Source of the DNA: the human T2T-CHM13v2.0 reference genome, Homo sapiens
NCBI RefSeq assembly: GCF_009914755.1
Contig: NC_060947.1
DNA: 64,000 nt
Strand: one strand, 5' to 3'
Below, one piece after another: positions 1 through 11,387 of the stretch. Made by a program: the position numbers and the translations under genes. The notes beneath the pieces were generated by a model. That model was given only the letters and a program-made list of their open reading frames with translations, was not told where the DNA came from and did no database searches. Within the stretch, counting starts at the first letter, position 1; each line of letters opens with the position of its first letter.

Positions 1-228
1 TGTCATGTCAAGCCATTTCTGTATTAATGCTTCCTAACTGTGAAATTTAAATATGTTGTAACAATTTGCTAGAATATGCAGCATGGTGTCTTGTGATGCT
101 AAGCTTTTAAGTTGTCTTTGAAGGGGTTGGGTGCTTATTTTGCACGCTTCTGTAGCCTTATAGTGACATCACAGAACACCGAAATTCTTCACAGGTATAC
201 GGAAAGTGAGATTTACTCCCGTTTGGTG

Positions 229-230
<2 letters not shown>

Positions 231-266
<36 letters not shown>
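231..266 (+). repeat. (T)36 mononucleotide tract forming a splice-acceptor polypyrimidine tract
   Basis: Read directly from the sequence. Confidence 0.95.
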
Positions 267-268
<2 letters not shown>

Positions 269-271
269 CAG

Positions 272-347
272 GCTCTAAGGGATGGAAATAAGCTGGCACA
301 GATGGAAGAGGCTCCACTTTTCCCAGGAGAATCAATTAAAGCCATTG
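272..347 (+). CDS. MTMR1: MTMR1 coding exon (1st in window; upstream exons lie outside), ALRDGNKLAQMEEAPLFPGESIKAI
   Basis: (T)36-GCCAG acceptor and G|GTAAGT donor. 76 nt, ends in phase 1 and joins the 8864 exon in frame. Peptide recognised as myotubularin-related protein 1. Confidence 0.96.
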
Positions 348-1340
348 GTAAGTTTAGTGTGTACACTTCGCTTTTTGAGATCCATAAAATGAAATGGCAC
401 TTAATTTGCAAGTGGAGGTGATGTATGTGCTGGAGATCCGCCAGACCAACTTAATTAGGGGACAAATGGACTAGATCTATTCATCCTCATTAGTGTCATC
501 ATGACCTAAGAGATAGAAGACTGCAGAGGATCCCGTTAAGTTCCAATTGAGTATTTGATGGCGTTCCCAACAGAAGAGGGGCCTGACTTTTCCTGGTGAA
601 CTGAAAGCTGATTAGACACTCAGTGTAATGTCAGTTCACTGCTTTGTTGGAATCCTTCAGTATAAGGAAAATATAGGAGACCTATATCATGTTTTAATAA
701 CAGTTTTGAGAACTCAGCAAAGAAATTTTAGTGGTTTATCAGATCCCAAAAAGTACAATTTTGGTGCATGGCAAGGGCTTGTGTTGCCATCCTGGCTTTT
801 AAAGGTGATGGCATGAGGCCTCCCATATCCCTCCATGGTGTACTGCCAGGCCTTTCAGGGAGTAGTTGATTGTGCCATGGGTGGATGGGAGGGGCAGCTG
901 GATGCGATCCGTTCATCTCATCACTTGGTTGGGTTGGACAGTCTGGTTTTCTAGACTGTTTCCTTCTTCCATCATGGCTTTCTCCCAAAGAGGCGCACTC
1001 AGTCTCAGAGTATAGTCATCTTGTGCCAAGAATATTTGAGTAGCGGGGCTCTCCCACCAGATCCTCCAATCAATTATTGCTGCTGAATATCCTAGTCTGT
1101 GTCTGTGGACCATGCTTATCTTGTCCTTGGTTTTGAAATTCTTTATTTCCTTGGGTTCTAGGACTTCATTCTATCCTGGCAGTCCTCTGGACTCTTTGTT
1201 CCTTCTCTGGGCGTTCTTCTAGCTCTGCCCTCATACTGTTTTCTTAATGATCTGTTTAAAATGCAGAGGTAATTATGTCATGCCCCTGCTTCTTCTTCAG
1301 ACAGTAAACAACACAGGCGTAAAATGTAAAATGTGAAGAG

Positions 1341-1845
1341 GTTGTTTTTCACTTTAGTTTTATAATTTGTCAGTGAGTCAAAGTGAGCTCAGAAAAGATT
1401 AGAGCTCATGTAGGTGATTGACAACTTTGCACATCAGATACATATTTTGAATGAGCAGGGAGCGTTATAAAAGCTTGGATTGCAAGCTCACAGTTGTTGT
1501 AGTAAGAAGAGAAGGCTTCAGTGGATTTAGCTGCGGTCCTGGTGCTCTTTCTCTCCCATTTTCTTTTCCTTTCACTCTGGAAACAGAGCTCAGAGAGAGA
1601 GAAACTCCTGCCTGGCCCCACTCCAATACGAATTATTGGAAATATCTTAGAGTTAGATCTTAAGGACATCTGCAAATCCTTAAGTGATGTAAATATGCTT
1701 TATGCTCCTCTGGTGGCTTGCAAAGGGTAAGTAAATTGACCCTCTACTTTTTAATAAAATATATTCCTGGAGGCAAACTATTTAAATAGGTCATTGTGAA
1801 GTAAAATACTCCGTCTAAAGTATTACTTCAGTTTGTCATTGTCAG
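1341..1845 (+). pseudogene. CYP2C64P: Solo-exon unprocessed CYP2C pseudogene fragment: proximal promoter, exon 1 (1521-1688) and start of intron 1; probably the annotated Xq28 CYP2C64P
   Basis: ORF DLAAVLVLFLSHFLFLSLWKQSSEREKLLPGPTPIRIIGNILELDLKDICKSL matches the CYP2C signal-anchor and PGPTP..IGN hinge. CYP2C-type leader GAGAAGGCTTCA precedes the start, which is mutated ATG>GTG. The exon is 168 nt (the CYP2C exon 1 length) and is followed by GT. No other CYP exons seen. The symbol is from memory of the nomenclature. Confidence 0.88.
1375..1472 (+). promoter_or_regulatory. CYP2C-derived promoter remnants: DR1/HNF4-like GAGTCAAAGTGA (1375-1386) and TATA box TATAAAA (1466-1472)
   Basis: Motifs and spacing relative to the start codon match the CYP2C8/9/19 proximal promoter as I recall it. 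Activity unknown. Confidence 0.6.
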
Positions 1846-1856
1846 AATGTGAAGAG

Positions 1857-4474
1857 TTTTGACACGGTGTACACCTGAGAAACCATCATTCACAGTCAAG
1901 GTAACAAACATATCCATCACCTCCCAGTTTTCGTTTCCTTATTCCCCTTTATAATCCCTACTTCCTCTGCCTTCTCCGCCATCCCCAAGCACTATAGGCT
2001 AGCTTATGTTTTATGGAAATATAATCATAGAGTATGTTCTTTTTTTGTCTAGCTTCTTCAAATCAAATAATTATTTTGATATCCATATTGTGGCATGAGT
2101 TAACAGTCATTCTTTTTTATTGCTGGATAGAATTCCATTATATGGCTACATGACAGTTTGCTTATCCATTCATCTGTTGGTGGATATTTGGGTTGTTTCT
2201 ACTGTTCGGCTGTTACAAATAAAGCTGCTGTGAACACTAATGTACAAGTCTGTATGAGCATACCTTTTCTTTTCTCCTGAGTAAATACCTAATAGATAAG
2301 TGGCTAGATCATATGATAGCTATACAGTTTCTTTAAAAAACTGCTAATGTGTTTTCTAAGTGGTCGTACCAGTATACATTTCTAGTAGCCGTATATGAGC
2401 ATTCCAGTTTTTCCCTTCCAATTTGAATGCCTTTTATTTCTTTTTCTTACCCTATTACTCTTGATTGAACCTCCAGTATAATGTTAAAGAGAAGAAGTGA
2501 GAGTGGACATTCTTGTCTTCTTTCTGATCTTGGGAAAGCTTTCAGTCTTTCACCATGAAATATAATGTTAGCTGCAGGTTTTTACTATAGGTGCCCTTTA
2601 TCATGTTGAGGGAGTTCCTTTCTATTCCTAGTTTGCTGTGAGTTTTCATCAGGAATTGATGTTAGATTTTCTCAAATGCTCTTTCTGCATTGATTGATGT
2701 AACCATGATTTTTCTTCTTTAACCTATAGTATCCTGGGTTACGTCAATTAATTTTTGATTGTTAAATCAACCTTGCATTCCCAGGATAAACTCAGCTTGC
2801 TTATTATGTAGTATCCATTTTATAAATTTTTGGATTTGGTTTATTAAAAGTTTGTTTAGAAGTTTTACGTCAATATTCATTTATGAAAGATATTGGTCTG
2901 TAATTTTCTTGTAATTGCTTTGTCAGGTTTTGGTATCAGAGTAAAGCTGGCTTCATAGAATGAATTGAGAATTATTCTCTTCCTTAGTTTTCCGGGATAG
3001 CTTATTTCTTACTTAAATATCTGGTAGAGTTTACCAGTGAAGCTGCTTGGACTTTGCGTTTCTTTTGTGCGAAGGTTTTTAACTACAAATTTAATTTATT
3101 TAGTAGTTATATGACTGTTTAGACTGTGGTTTTCTTTTGGGTAAGCTTTGGTAGTTTATGTCTTTCCAGGATTTTGTCCATTTAATCCAAGTTGTCAAAT
3201 GATTGTCATAAAGTCATTTGTCATATTTCCTTACTCTTTAATATCTGTAGAATTTGCAGTGACATCTTTCTCATTTCTGATATTATTAATGTGCATGTCT
3301 TCTCTTTTTTGTTTTTCTCATCTGGCTAGAGGTTTATTGATTTTATTGATCTTCTCCAAGAGTCAGCTTTTGGTTTTATTATTTTCTTTGTTTTCTGTTT
3401 CATTGATTTCCACTCTGATCTTTATTATTTCCTTTCTTCTGCTTACTTTGGGTTTAATTCACTCTTTTTGTAGCTTTTGAGGTGGAAACTGTGGTCATTT
3501 ATTTGAGATTTTTGTTATTTTCTAGTATAGGCATTTAGATTTTCCTCCCACTGCTACTTTAGCAGCATTTCATCAATTATGACCTTGTGTTTTTATTTGC
3601 ATTCAGATCAAAATGCTTTTGAATTCCCCTTTTGATTTCTTCTTTGACCCTTGAGTTATTTAGGAGTGTGTCGTTTAATTTCCATATATTTGTGAATTTC
3701 CCAAATTTTCTTCGATTATTGAGTTCTACCTTCATTCCTTTGTGTTAAGAAAACATGCTTTTTATAACTTGAATATTTTTATGTTCATCAAGGCTCATAT
3801 TATGTCCCAGAATATGCCCTGTCTTGGTAAATGTTCTACATGCAGTTGAAAAGAATGTGTTTTCTGCTGTTGTTGAGTAGACTGTTCTATAAATGTCAAT
3901 TAGATTTTGTCGATCTGTATTCTTAGCCATTTTCTGTCTATTTCTACCAATTGTAGAGAGAGAGGTTTTGAAATCTCTGACCATAATGGTGGATGTGTCA
4001 GTTTCTCCTTGCAGTTCTATTAGTTTTGCTTTATGTATTTTGAAGCTGTTATTAGATACATACATGTTTAGGATTCTTACATCCTCCTGACGAATTGACC
4101 TCGTTATTATCATGAAATGACCTTCTTTATTCTTGGTAATATTCTTTGCTCTGAAATCTACTTTGTCTGATATTATTATAGACATTATAGCTTTTAAAAA
4201 ATTTTACTAACATGATATACCTATTTTCATCCTTTGAATTTCAAACTATTTGTGTCTTTATATTTAAGGTGAGTTTCTTTTAGGCCACATATAGTTGGTT
4301 CTTTCTTTTGTCTCCAAACTGACAATCTCTGCCTTCTAATTGGGGTGTTTAGATCATTTACATTTTATATAATCAGTAATATAATTAGGTTTAAATCCAC
4401 TATCTTGATAATTGGTTTTTATTAGTCTCATTTATTCTTTGTTCTTTTTTCCCTCTTTTTATGGTTGAATTGAG
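1857..4474 (-). mobile_element. Ancient L1 (L1M-type), fragmented; continues at ~1290-1340 and ~7145-7420
   Basis: L1 3'-end motifs from ~1857. ORF 3745-4185(-) is a degenerate ORF2 endonuclease region (ISDKVDFRAK..KEGHFMII..QEDVRILNMY). Confidence 0.85.
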
Positions 4475-4489
4475 TACTTTTGTTTTAAA

Positions 4490-5250
4490 CTTTTTTTATT
4501 TTATTATTATTATTATACTTTAAGTTTTAGGGTACATGTGCACAATGTGCAGGTTAGTTACATATGTATACATGTGCCATGCTGGTGTGCTGCACCCATT
4601 AACTCGTCATTTAGCATTAGGTATATCTCCTAATGCTATCCCTCCCCCTTCCCCCCACCCCACAACAGTCCCCAGAGTGTGATGTTCCCCTTCCTGTGTC
4701 CATGTGTTCTCATTGTTCAATTCCCATCTATGAGTGAGAACATACGGTGTTTGGTTTTTTGTCCTTGTGATAGTTTACTGAGAATGATGATTTCCAATTT
4801 CATCCATGTCCCTACAAAGGACATGAACTCATCCTTTTTTTATGGCTGCATAGTATTCCATGGTGTATATGTGCCACATTTTCTTGATCCAGTCTATCAT
4901 TGTTGGACATTTGGGTTGGTTCCAAATCTTTGCTATTGTGAATAGTGCCGCAATAAACATAACGTGTGCATGTGTCTTTATAGCAGCATGATTTATAGTC
5001 CTTTGGGTATGTACCCAGTAATGGGATGGCTGGGTCAAATGGTATTTCTAGTTCTAGATCCCTGAGGAATCGCCACACTGACTTCCACAATGGTTGAACT
5101 AGTTTACAGTCCCACCAACAGTGTAAAAGTGTTCCTATTTCTCCACATCCTCTCCAGCACCTGTTGTTTCCTGACTTTTTAATGATTGCCATTCTAACTG
5201 GTGTGAGATGGTATCTCATTGTGGTTTTGATTTGCATTTCTCTGATGGCC
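4490..5250 (-). mobile_element. 5'-truncated young L1PA 3' end
   Basis: T-rich tail then ATACTTTAAGTTTTAGGGTACATGTGCAC. ORF 4812-5237(-) is the ORF2 C-terminus ([33 protein letters not shown]). Confidence 0.95.
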
Positions 5251-7137
5251 CTATTTTAGGTACATGTGCATATAGGTAAACTTGTGTCATGGTAATTTGT
5301 TGTACAGATTATTTTATTACCCAGATACTAGGCCTAGAACCTAGTAGATATTTTTTCTGATCCTCTCCCTCCTCCCAACCTTCACCTTCAAGTAGGCCCC
5401 AATGTCTGTTGTTCCCTTCTTTGCGTCTGTGTCTGTGTTCTCATCATTTAGCTCCCACTTATAAGTGAGAACCTACAGTATTTGGTTTTCTGTTCCTGTG
5501 TTAGTTTGCTAAGGATGATGGCCTCCAGCTCTATCCATGTTCCTGCAGAGGACATGATCTCGTCCTTTTTTATGGCTGCAAAATTCCGTGGTGTATATAT
5601 ACCATATTTTATTTATCCAATCTGGCATTGATGGGCATTTAGATTGATTCCATGACTTTGCTATTGTGAATAGTGCTGCAGCAGACATACACGTGAGTGT
5701 GTCTTTATGGTAGAATAATTTATATTCCTTTGGGCATATACCTAGTAATGGGATTGCTGGGTCAAATGGTAGTTCTATTTTTAGCTCCTTGAGGAATCAC
5801 CACACTGCTTTCCACAACGGTTGAACTAATTTACACTCCTACCAACAGTGTGTAAGCATTCCCTTTTCTCTGCAACCTCATCATCTCTTATTTTTTTTTT
5901 TTACTTTTTAATATGATAATAGCCATTCTGATTGGTGTGAGATGGTATCTCATTGTGGTTTTGATTTTCATTTCTCTAATGTTCAGTGATACTGAGCTTT
6001 TTTTTCATATGCTTATTGGCTGCATGTATGTCTTCTTTTGAAAAGTATCTATTCTTGTCCTTTGCCCACTTTTTAATGGGGTTGTTTGTGTTTTTTCTTG
6101 TAAATTTGTTAAATTCCTTATAGATGCTGGATATTAGACCTTTGTCAGATGCATAGTTTGCAAATATTTTCTCCCATTCTGTAGGCTGTTTACTTTGTTG
6201 ATAGTTTCTTTTGCTGTGCGGAAGCTCTTTAGTTTCATTAGATTCCATTTGTCAACTTTTGCTTTTATTGTGATTGCTTTTGGCATCTTTATCATGAAAT
6301 CTTTGCCAGTTCCTATGTCCAGAATGGTACTGCCTAGGTTGTCTTCCAGGGTTTTTACAGATTTGGGTTATACATTTAGGTCTCTAATCCATCTTGAATT
6401 GATTTTTGTATATGGTGTAAGGAAGGGATCCAGTTTCAGTCATCTGCATATAGCTAGCTAATTATCCCAGCACCATTTGTTGAATAAGGAATTCTTTCCC
6501 TATTGCTTGCTTTTGTTGAAGATCAGAGGGTTGTAGGTGTGCACCCTTATTTCTGGGCGCTCTATTCTGTTCCACTTGTCTATGTGTGTCTGTTTTTGTA
6601 CCAGTACCATGCTGTTTTGGTTACTGTGGGCCTGTAGTATAGTTTGAAGTCTGGTAACATGATGCCTCCAGCTTTGTTCTTTTTGCTTAGGATTGCCTTG
6701 GCTATTCTTTTTGGTTCCATATGAATTTTTAAATAGTTTTTTTCTAGTTCTGGGAATGTCATTGGTAGTTTGATAGGAATGGCATTGAATCTATAAATTG
6801 CTTTGGGCAGTATGGCCATTTTCACGATATTGATTGTTCCTATCCATGAGCATGGAATGTGTTTCCATTTGTTTATGTCATCTCTAATTTCTTCGAGCAG
6901 TATTTTGTAATTCTCATTGTACAGATCTTTCACCTCCCTGGGTAGCCATATTCCTAGGTATTTTATTCTTTTTGTGGCTATTGTGAATGGGATTGCATTC
7001 CTGATTTGGCTGTTGGCCTGGCTGTTGTTAGTGTATAGGAATGCTAGTGATTTTTGTATGCTGATTTTGTATCCTGAAACTTTATCAAAGTTGTTTATCA
7101 GCTGAAGGAGCTTTTGGGTCGAGACTATGGGGTTTTT
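5251..7137 (-). mobile_element. Older primate L1 (L1PA13-16-like), 3' portion
   Basis: Second L1 3'UTR. ORFs 5976-6248(-) and 6580-6933(-) are ORF2 fragments ([33 protein letters not shown]). Confidence 0.9.
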
Positions 7138-7671
7138 ACTTTTTAGAATTCTATTTTATGTCCTGTGATTGCATATTAGCTATAATTGTTTGTTTTGTTA
7201 TGTAACTAGTTATTTTACATCTTTATGTCTACCTTCAAATGATTGTATGCTGCTTCATGTACAGGATAAGAACCTTATAGTAGTATACTCCCATTTGTCC
7301 CCTCCTACCCTTTATGCTGTTGTTGTCATCCATTTTACTTTTACGTATGTTATAAACCCCACAATATATTGTTTTTGTTTTTGTTTAAACAGTTATCTTT
7401 TAAGGATAATGATAATAATGCCTTAGTCTCCTACAGAAGCACTTGCCAATCCACTCCCTGCCAACTTCTCTGGCCTCATATTCGACTGTCCTCACTGCAC
7501 CCATTGATCCAGGCATACTAACCTCTAACAACTTATCACTGTGCCCTTCCTCCCTTCCTTCTCTTACTCCCCCTACCCACTTTCCTATTGAGTTAAGTTG
7601 ATCCTTTTCTGAACTTCCATTGTAATACTTTGTGTCCACATTGTTATTTTAGCTTTTGTCAACCTCTAGTG

Positions 7672-8014
7672 CAGGGATCCCCAACCCATGGGCCGTGGAT
7701 CAGCACTGGTCCATGGCCTGTTAGGAACGGGGCTGCACAGCAGGAGGTGAGCAGCGGGCTAGTGAGCATTACCGCCTGAGCTCCGTCTCCTGTCGGATCA
7801 GCGGTGGCATTAGATTCTCACAGGAGCGTGAACCCTGTTGTGAATTGCGCATGTGAGGAATCTAGGTTGTATGTTCCTTATGAGGGTCTAATGCCTGATA
7901 ATCTGAGGTGAAACAGTTTCATCCTGAAACCATCCCCCTACCTCTGCCCTGGTCCATGGAACAGTTGTCTTCCATGAAACCAGTCCCTGGTGCCGAAAAG
8001 GTTGGGGACCTCTG
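7672..8014. mobile_element. MER1B-like hAT-Charlie non-autonomous element
   Basis: Terminal inverted repeats CAGGGATCCCCAACC / GGTTGGGGACCTCTG, 343 bp, 8-bp target duplication CTCTAGTG/CTCTAGTA. Confidence 0.9.
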
Positions 8015-8863
8015 CTCTAGTATAATGGCGATTTTTCTGTGTGGTATCTCTCACAGGTCATGGGCTGCTCATGGACAGGAACTTCTTCCAATTATACCCA
8101 GAATCCCAGCAATAGAAGGCTCTCAGTACATAAGGAGTATAGAAAAGTTCAATGGAAGTATTCTGAGAATTTGGTTCAATGACGTTAATGCCTTTTGTTG
8201 TCTCACTTGGACTCATATATAGCTATGTATATTCTTGTCATTCCAGTGGAATGGCACTTTGGGAAAACATGAAGATGTGGTATCTTTGTGATAGAAGTGA
8301 GCTTCTTAACACTAATGGGAATTAAATATGTCACGCACTTAATAGATATTGACAAAAAATTAAAACTGATAAGGGGATAAGGAATTTGAAATAAGTCTTT
8401 TTCCATTTCATTGATGTGGTTCTAGGTTTTGTCTTCTGTAAAAAGAGTTTCCTTTGGAGATGCATTAGGAGACAATCTTTAGTTTTCATTAGTTTTAAGT
8501 AGCAGTAATTCATGAAACAGTAGCCCAGGGTTTTCAGAGTTTAATTAATGTTTTGAATATGATTAATTTATCACCCAGGGAAAATGTTAACTACCTAGGA
8601 AAAATGACAGAATATAACTTCTTATGAGGCCCTTTACTTAAAACCTCATTAAGTAGCAAATCAGAATTTTGTTTTAAAAAATTGAAATTTATTAGAAGAC
8701 TATGCATCTCTCTATATTGAAAGTCATAATTGATATAATCCTATAAAATACAAAATTCCTGGAAAACTGGAATCACAAATATATATATTTGGAAAACTCG
8801 TGTTAAGTTTTATGGAAGCACAAGTCTATGGCAGTAGTTGCTACTTTGGCCTTTTTCTTTCAG

Positions 8864-8958
8864 TGAAAGATGTCATGTATATCTGCCCATTTATGGGAGC
8901 AGTGAGTGGAACCCTGACAGTGACGGACTTTAAGCTGTACTTCAAAAATGTCGAGAGG
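8864..8958 (+). CDS. MTMR1: MTMR1 exon, [32 protein letters not shown] (PH-GRAM domain)
   Basis: ctttttctttcag acceptor and AGG|gtgagt donor. 95 nt, phase 1 to 0. Confidence 0.97.
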
Positions 8959-9332
8959 GTGAGTTTTTTAAAGTGTGTTTTATTTTAAAAGAAACACTTT
9001 TAAAAGAACACTAAAAGAAGAAAGTAAAAAGTCCCCTGAAATCCCATTACCCTGAGATAACCACAGGTTGGATTTTGAGATGCACACATTTGCAAACAGA
9101 TGTTTGTATCTTGAAAACAAAGGCTGTTAAAGTACCGCTTAAACCTGGAGGGGAAATTCCATTGTTGTCTCAATATATATTTCACAAGGAATGCTATCAA
9201 TCAGACTTCAATTTAGCTGGGACAAAGAGGAAATGCGAAGTAAACAAACATGTTTTGTAACCCAGCAAAGACTTAAAATATGAAAACTGTTGACTGACAC
9301 TAATAGGCATTGATCTTAATTTTTGAACCTAG

Positions 9333-9440
9333 GACCCGCATTTTATCCTTGATGTTCCCCTTGGAGTGATCAGCAGAGTGGAGAAGATTGGAGCACAGAG
9401 CCATGGAGACAATTCCTGTGGTATAGAGATAGTGTGCAAG
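9333..9440 (+). CDS. MTMR1: MTMR1 exon, [36 protein letters not shown]
   Basis: cctag acceptor and AAG|gtataa donor. 108 nt, open frame, myotubularin GRAM sequence. Confidence 0.96.
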
Positions 9441-9645
9441 GTATAATAGAAACGCCAAGTGAAAACTAAAAGAGGGCAATCAGCTCTGAACTTTTTCTCC
9501 CTCAGTCTCTTCATGGTCTTTGGACAGTAGAATAATTTGTACTGCTAGTAACTCAAATGTTTTCGGGATAGCAACCTCTTCAAATCTCATATCGAATTTA
9601 AACTATTATGTAACCCTTTGAAGTAAACCTTTTCCATCGAAGTCC

Positions 9646-9988
9646 AATTGTCCCTTGGTATCGGTGGGGGATTGATTCCAGGACCTCTGCCTCAGATACC
9701 CAAATCCATGGATGTCCAAGTCCTTTATGTCAAATGATGTAGTATTTGCATATAACCTAAGAACATTCTCCCATATACTTTAAATCATCTGTATATTGCT
9801 TATAATAACTAACACAGTGTAAACACTATCTAAATAGTTGTTATACTGTATTGTTTAGGGAATAATGACAAGAAAAAATGTCTGTGCATGTTCAGCACAA
9901 ATGCAACCATCCTTTTAAAAAATATTTTCCATCTGCAGTTGTTCGAATCCTCCAATGTGGAACCCATGGATAGGAAGGGCTGACTGTA
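9646..9988. mobile_element. MER2-like Tigger DNA transposon
   Basis: GTCCCTTGGTATC.GTGGGGGATTG.TTCCAGGAC start and GAACCCATGGATA.GAAGGGCTGACTGTA end. Confidence 0.85.
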
Positions 9989-10855
9989 TTTCTAATTAAC
10001 GTGGACCTATAACCTAAGTGATTGTTTGTCACATCTCAGAGAAGTCAAGTGAAAAGCAGAGACCAATACATTTCCCCAGTTTGTTGTTTTAAGACTACGT
10101 TCGGAACAATGTGGATGGTCAGAGACTTCCTAAAGGGACAGCAGTGGCCCATAAATTCTGTGATTAAAAATGAGATTAAGTTTCTTGGCTATCTTGGAAT
10201 TTTTATGTTGAGCTGGGCTTATTTGTTTATTTTGTACCCTTCTTCTAATAATTTAAGTAGAAATGTGTGTGATAACTTTAATCACGAAGTCATGTAGGAC
10301 CCACTCCTAATTGATGTATTTTATTCCCAGTGACTTGACTTTGGTAATGTTTACCAAAAACCCTACCTGAAGTACCAGAAAAGAGATCCTGCCTGCAGGA
10401 TCATCAGCGCCCCTTCCAAATTTTGGGTTAGGATTCCTTACAATCTATTTATTTTGATTCAATCTCTGAAGATAGCTCCCTCTGGTTGGTCCTAGACTGC
10501 GTTCAAAACCATTTTTTTTTTTTCCAAAGAACCCTTTACTCTTCCAGATCATGAATCTGTTGGCTTACTAAACTCACTTTAGTCACTCCCTGACAACTGT
10601 CCTTCTCAGGCAGGGTTCCCCATATGGAACAATGGCAAGCAGAGGGGTGACTTGATCGGTTCTGCAATTTTGAAACATGTCGTCCCCTTTCTCATGACGC
10701 TTGAGTATCTTCCCATTATCCTTAGACTAAAAGAAAAACTCTCCTTACAAGACTGCTCTGCCTGACCCACTTTCCTCTGCAGCTTGGTCTCGAACTGCCC
10801 TCCTCTCATTCTGGCCATCCCAGTCACATGGGCTTTCCTTTGGTGGTTCATACTT

Positions 10856-10858
10856 GAC

Positions 10859-10897
<39 letters not shown>
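10856..10897. repeat. (CA)n microsatellite within an L2-like remnant
   Basis: Read directly from the sequence. Confidence 0.9.
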
Positions 10898-10898
<1 letters not shown>

Positions 10899-11387
10899 CC
10901 CAGAATCTTTGCATGTGCTCTTTCCTTAGCTTGTAAGCAATCTTAAATAGCAAGTCAGCTCAGTCAGCCACCAAGGTGTATGTGTGTAGCCATGTAGCTT
11001 AGAGGGAGGGCATGTCAGGAAATTATGTTGCTTAGGCAGGCATCCTGGGGCTCTTTTACTAAGATATTTTTATGGCTGGGGTGAGCATTTGCTAACAACT
11101 GCTTTAAATGTTCTCTAACCTAGATTACTAAGGTAATGCTCCCAGCCTTCTCAGATCATGCCTAAGAGCTTTACAAGGTGTGGGGTTTATTTTTTAACAG
11201 GTGATATACAATTCAAAAGATACAAAAGCTGTGTATAGTAAAAAATCAGTCTCCTTCCACCCACCACCCTGCCACCCTGTTCCACTCATTTCAGGCACCC
11301 ACTGTGGCCGATTTCTAATGTAACCCTCCACAGATAGCCTATGCACATGAGAATGTATGTATAGTCCTTCTTTGAAAACATAAGTGG

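Noticed and set aside
169-421. Poly-Lys and poly-Phe ORFs
   Set aside because: Artefacts of translating the intronic (T)36 tract.
1521-1730. A functional stand-alone cytochrome P450 gene
   Set aside because: Only exon 1 is present, the start codon is GTG, and I found no further CYP exons or heme-binding motif in the window.
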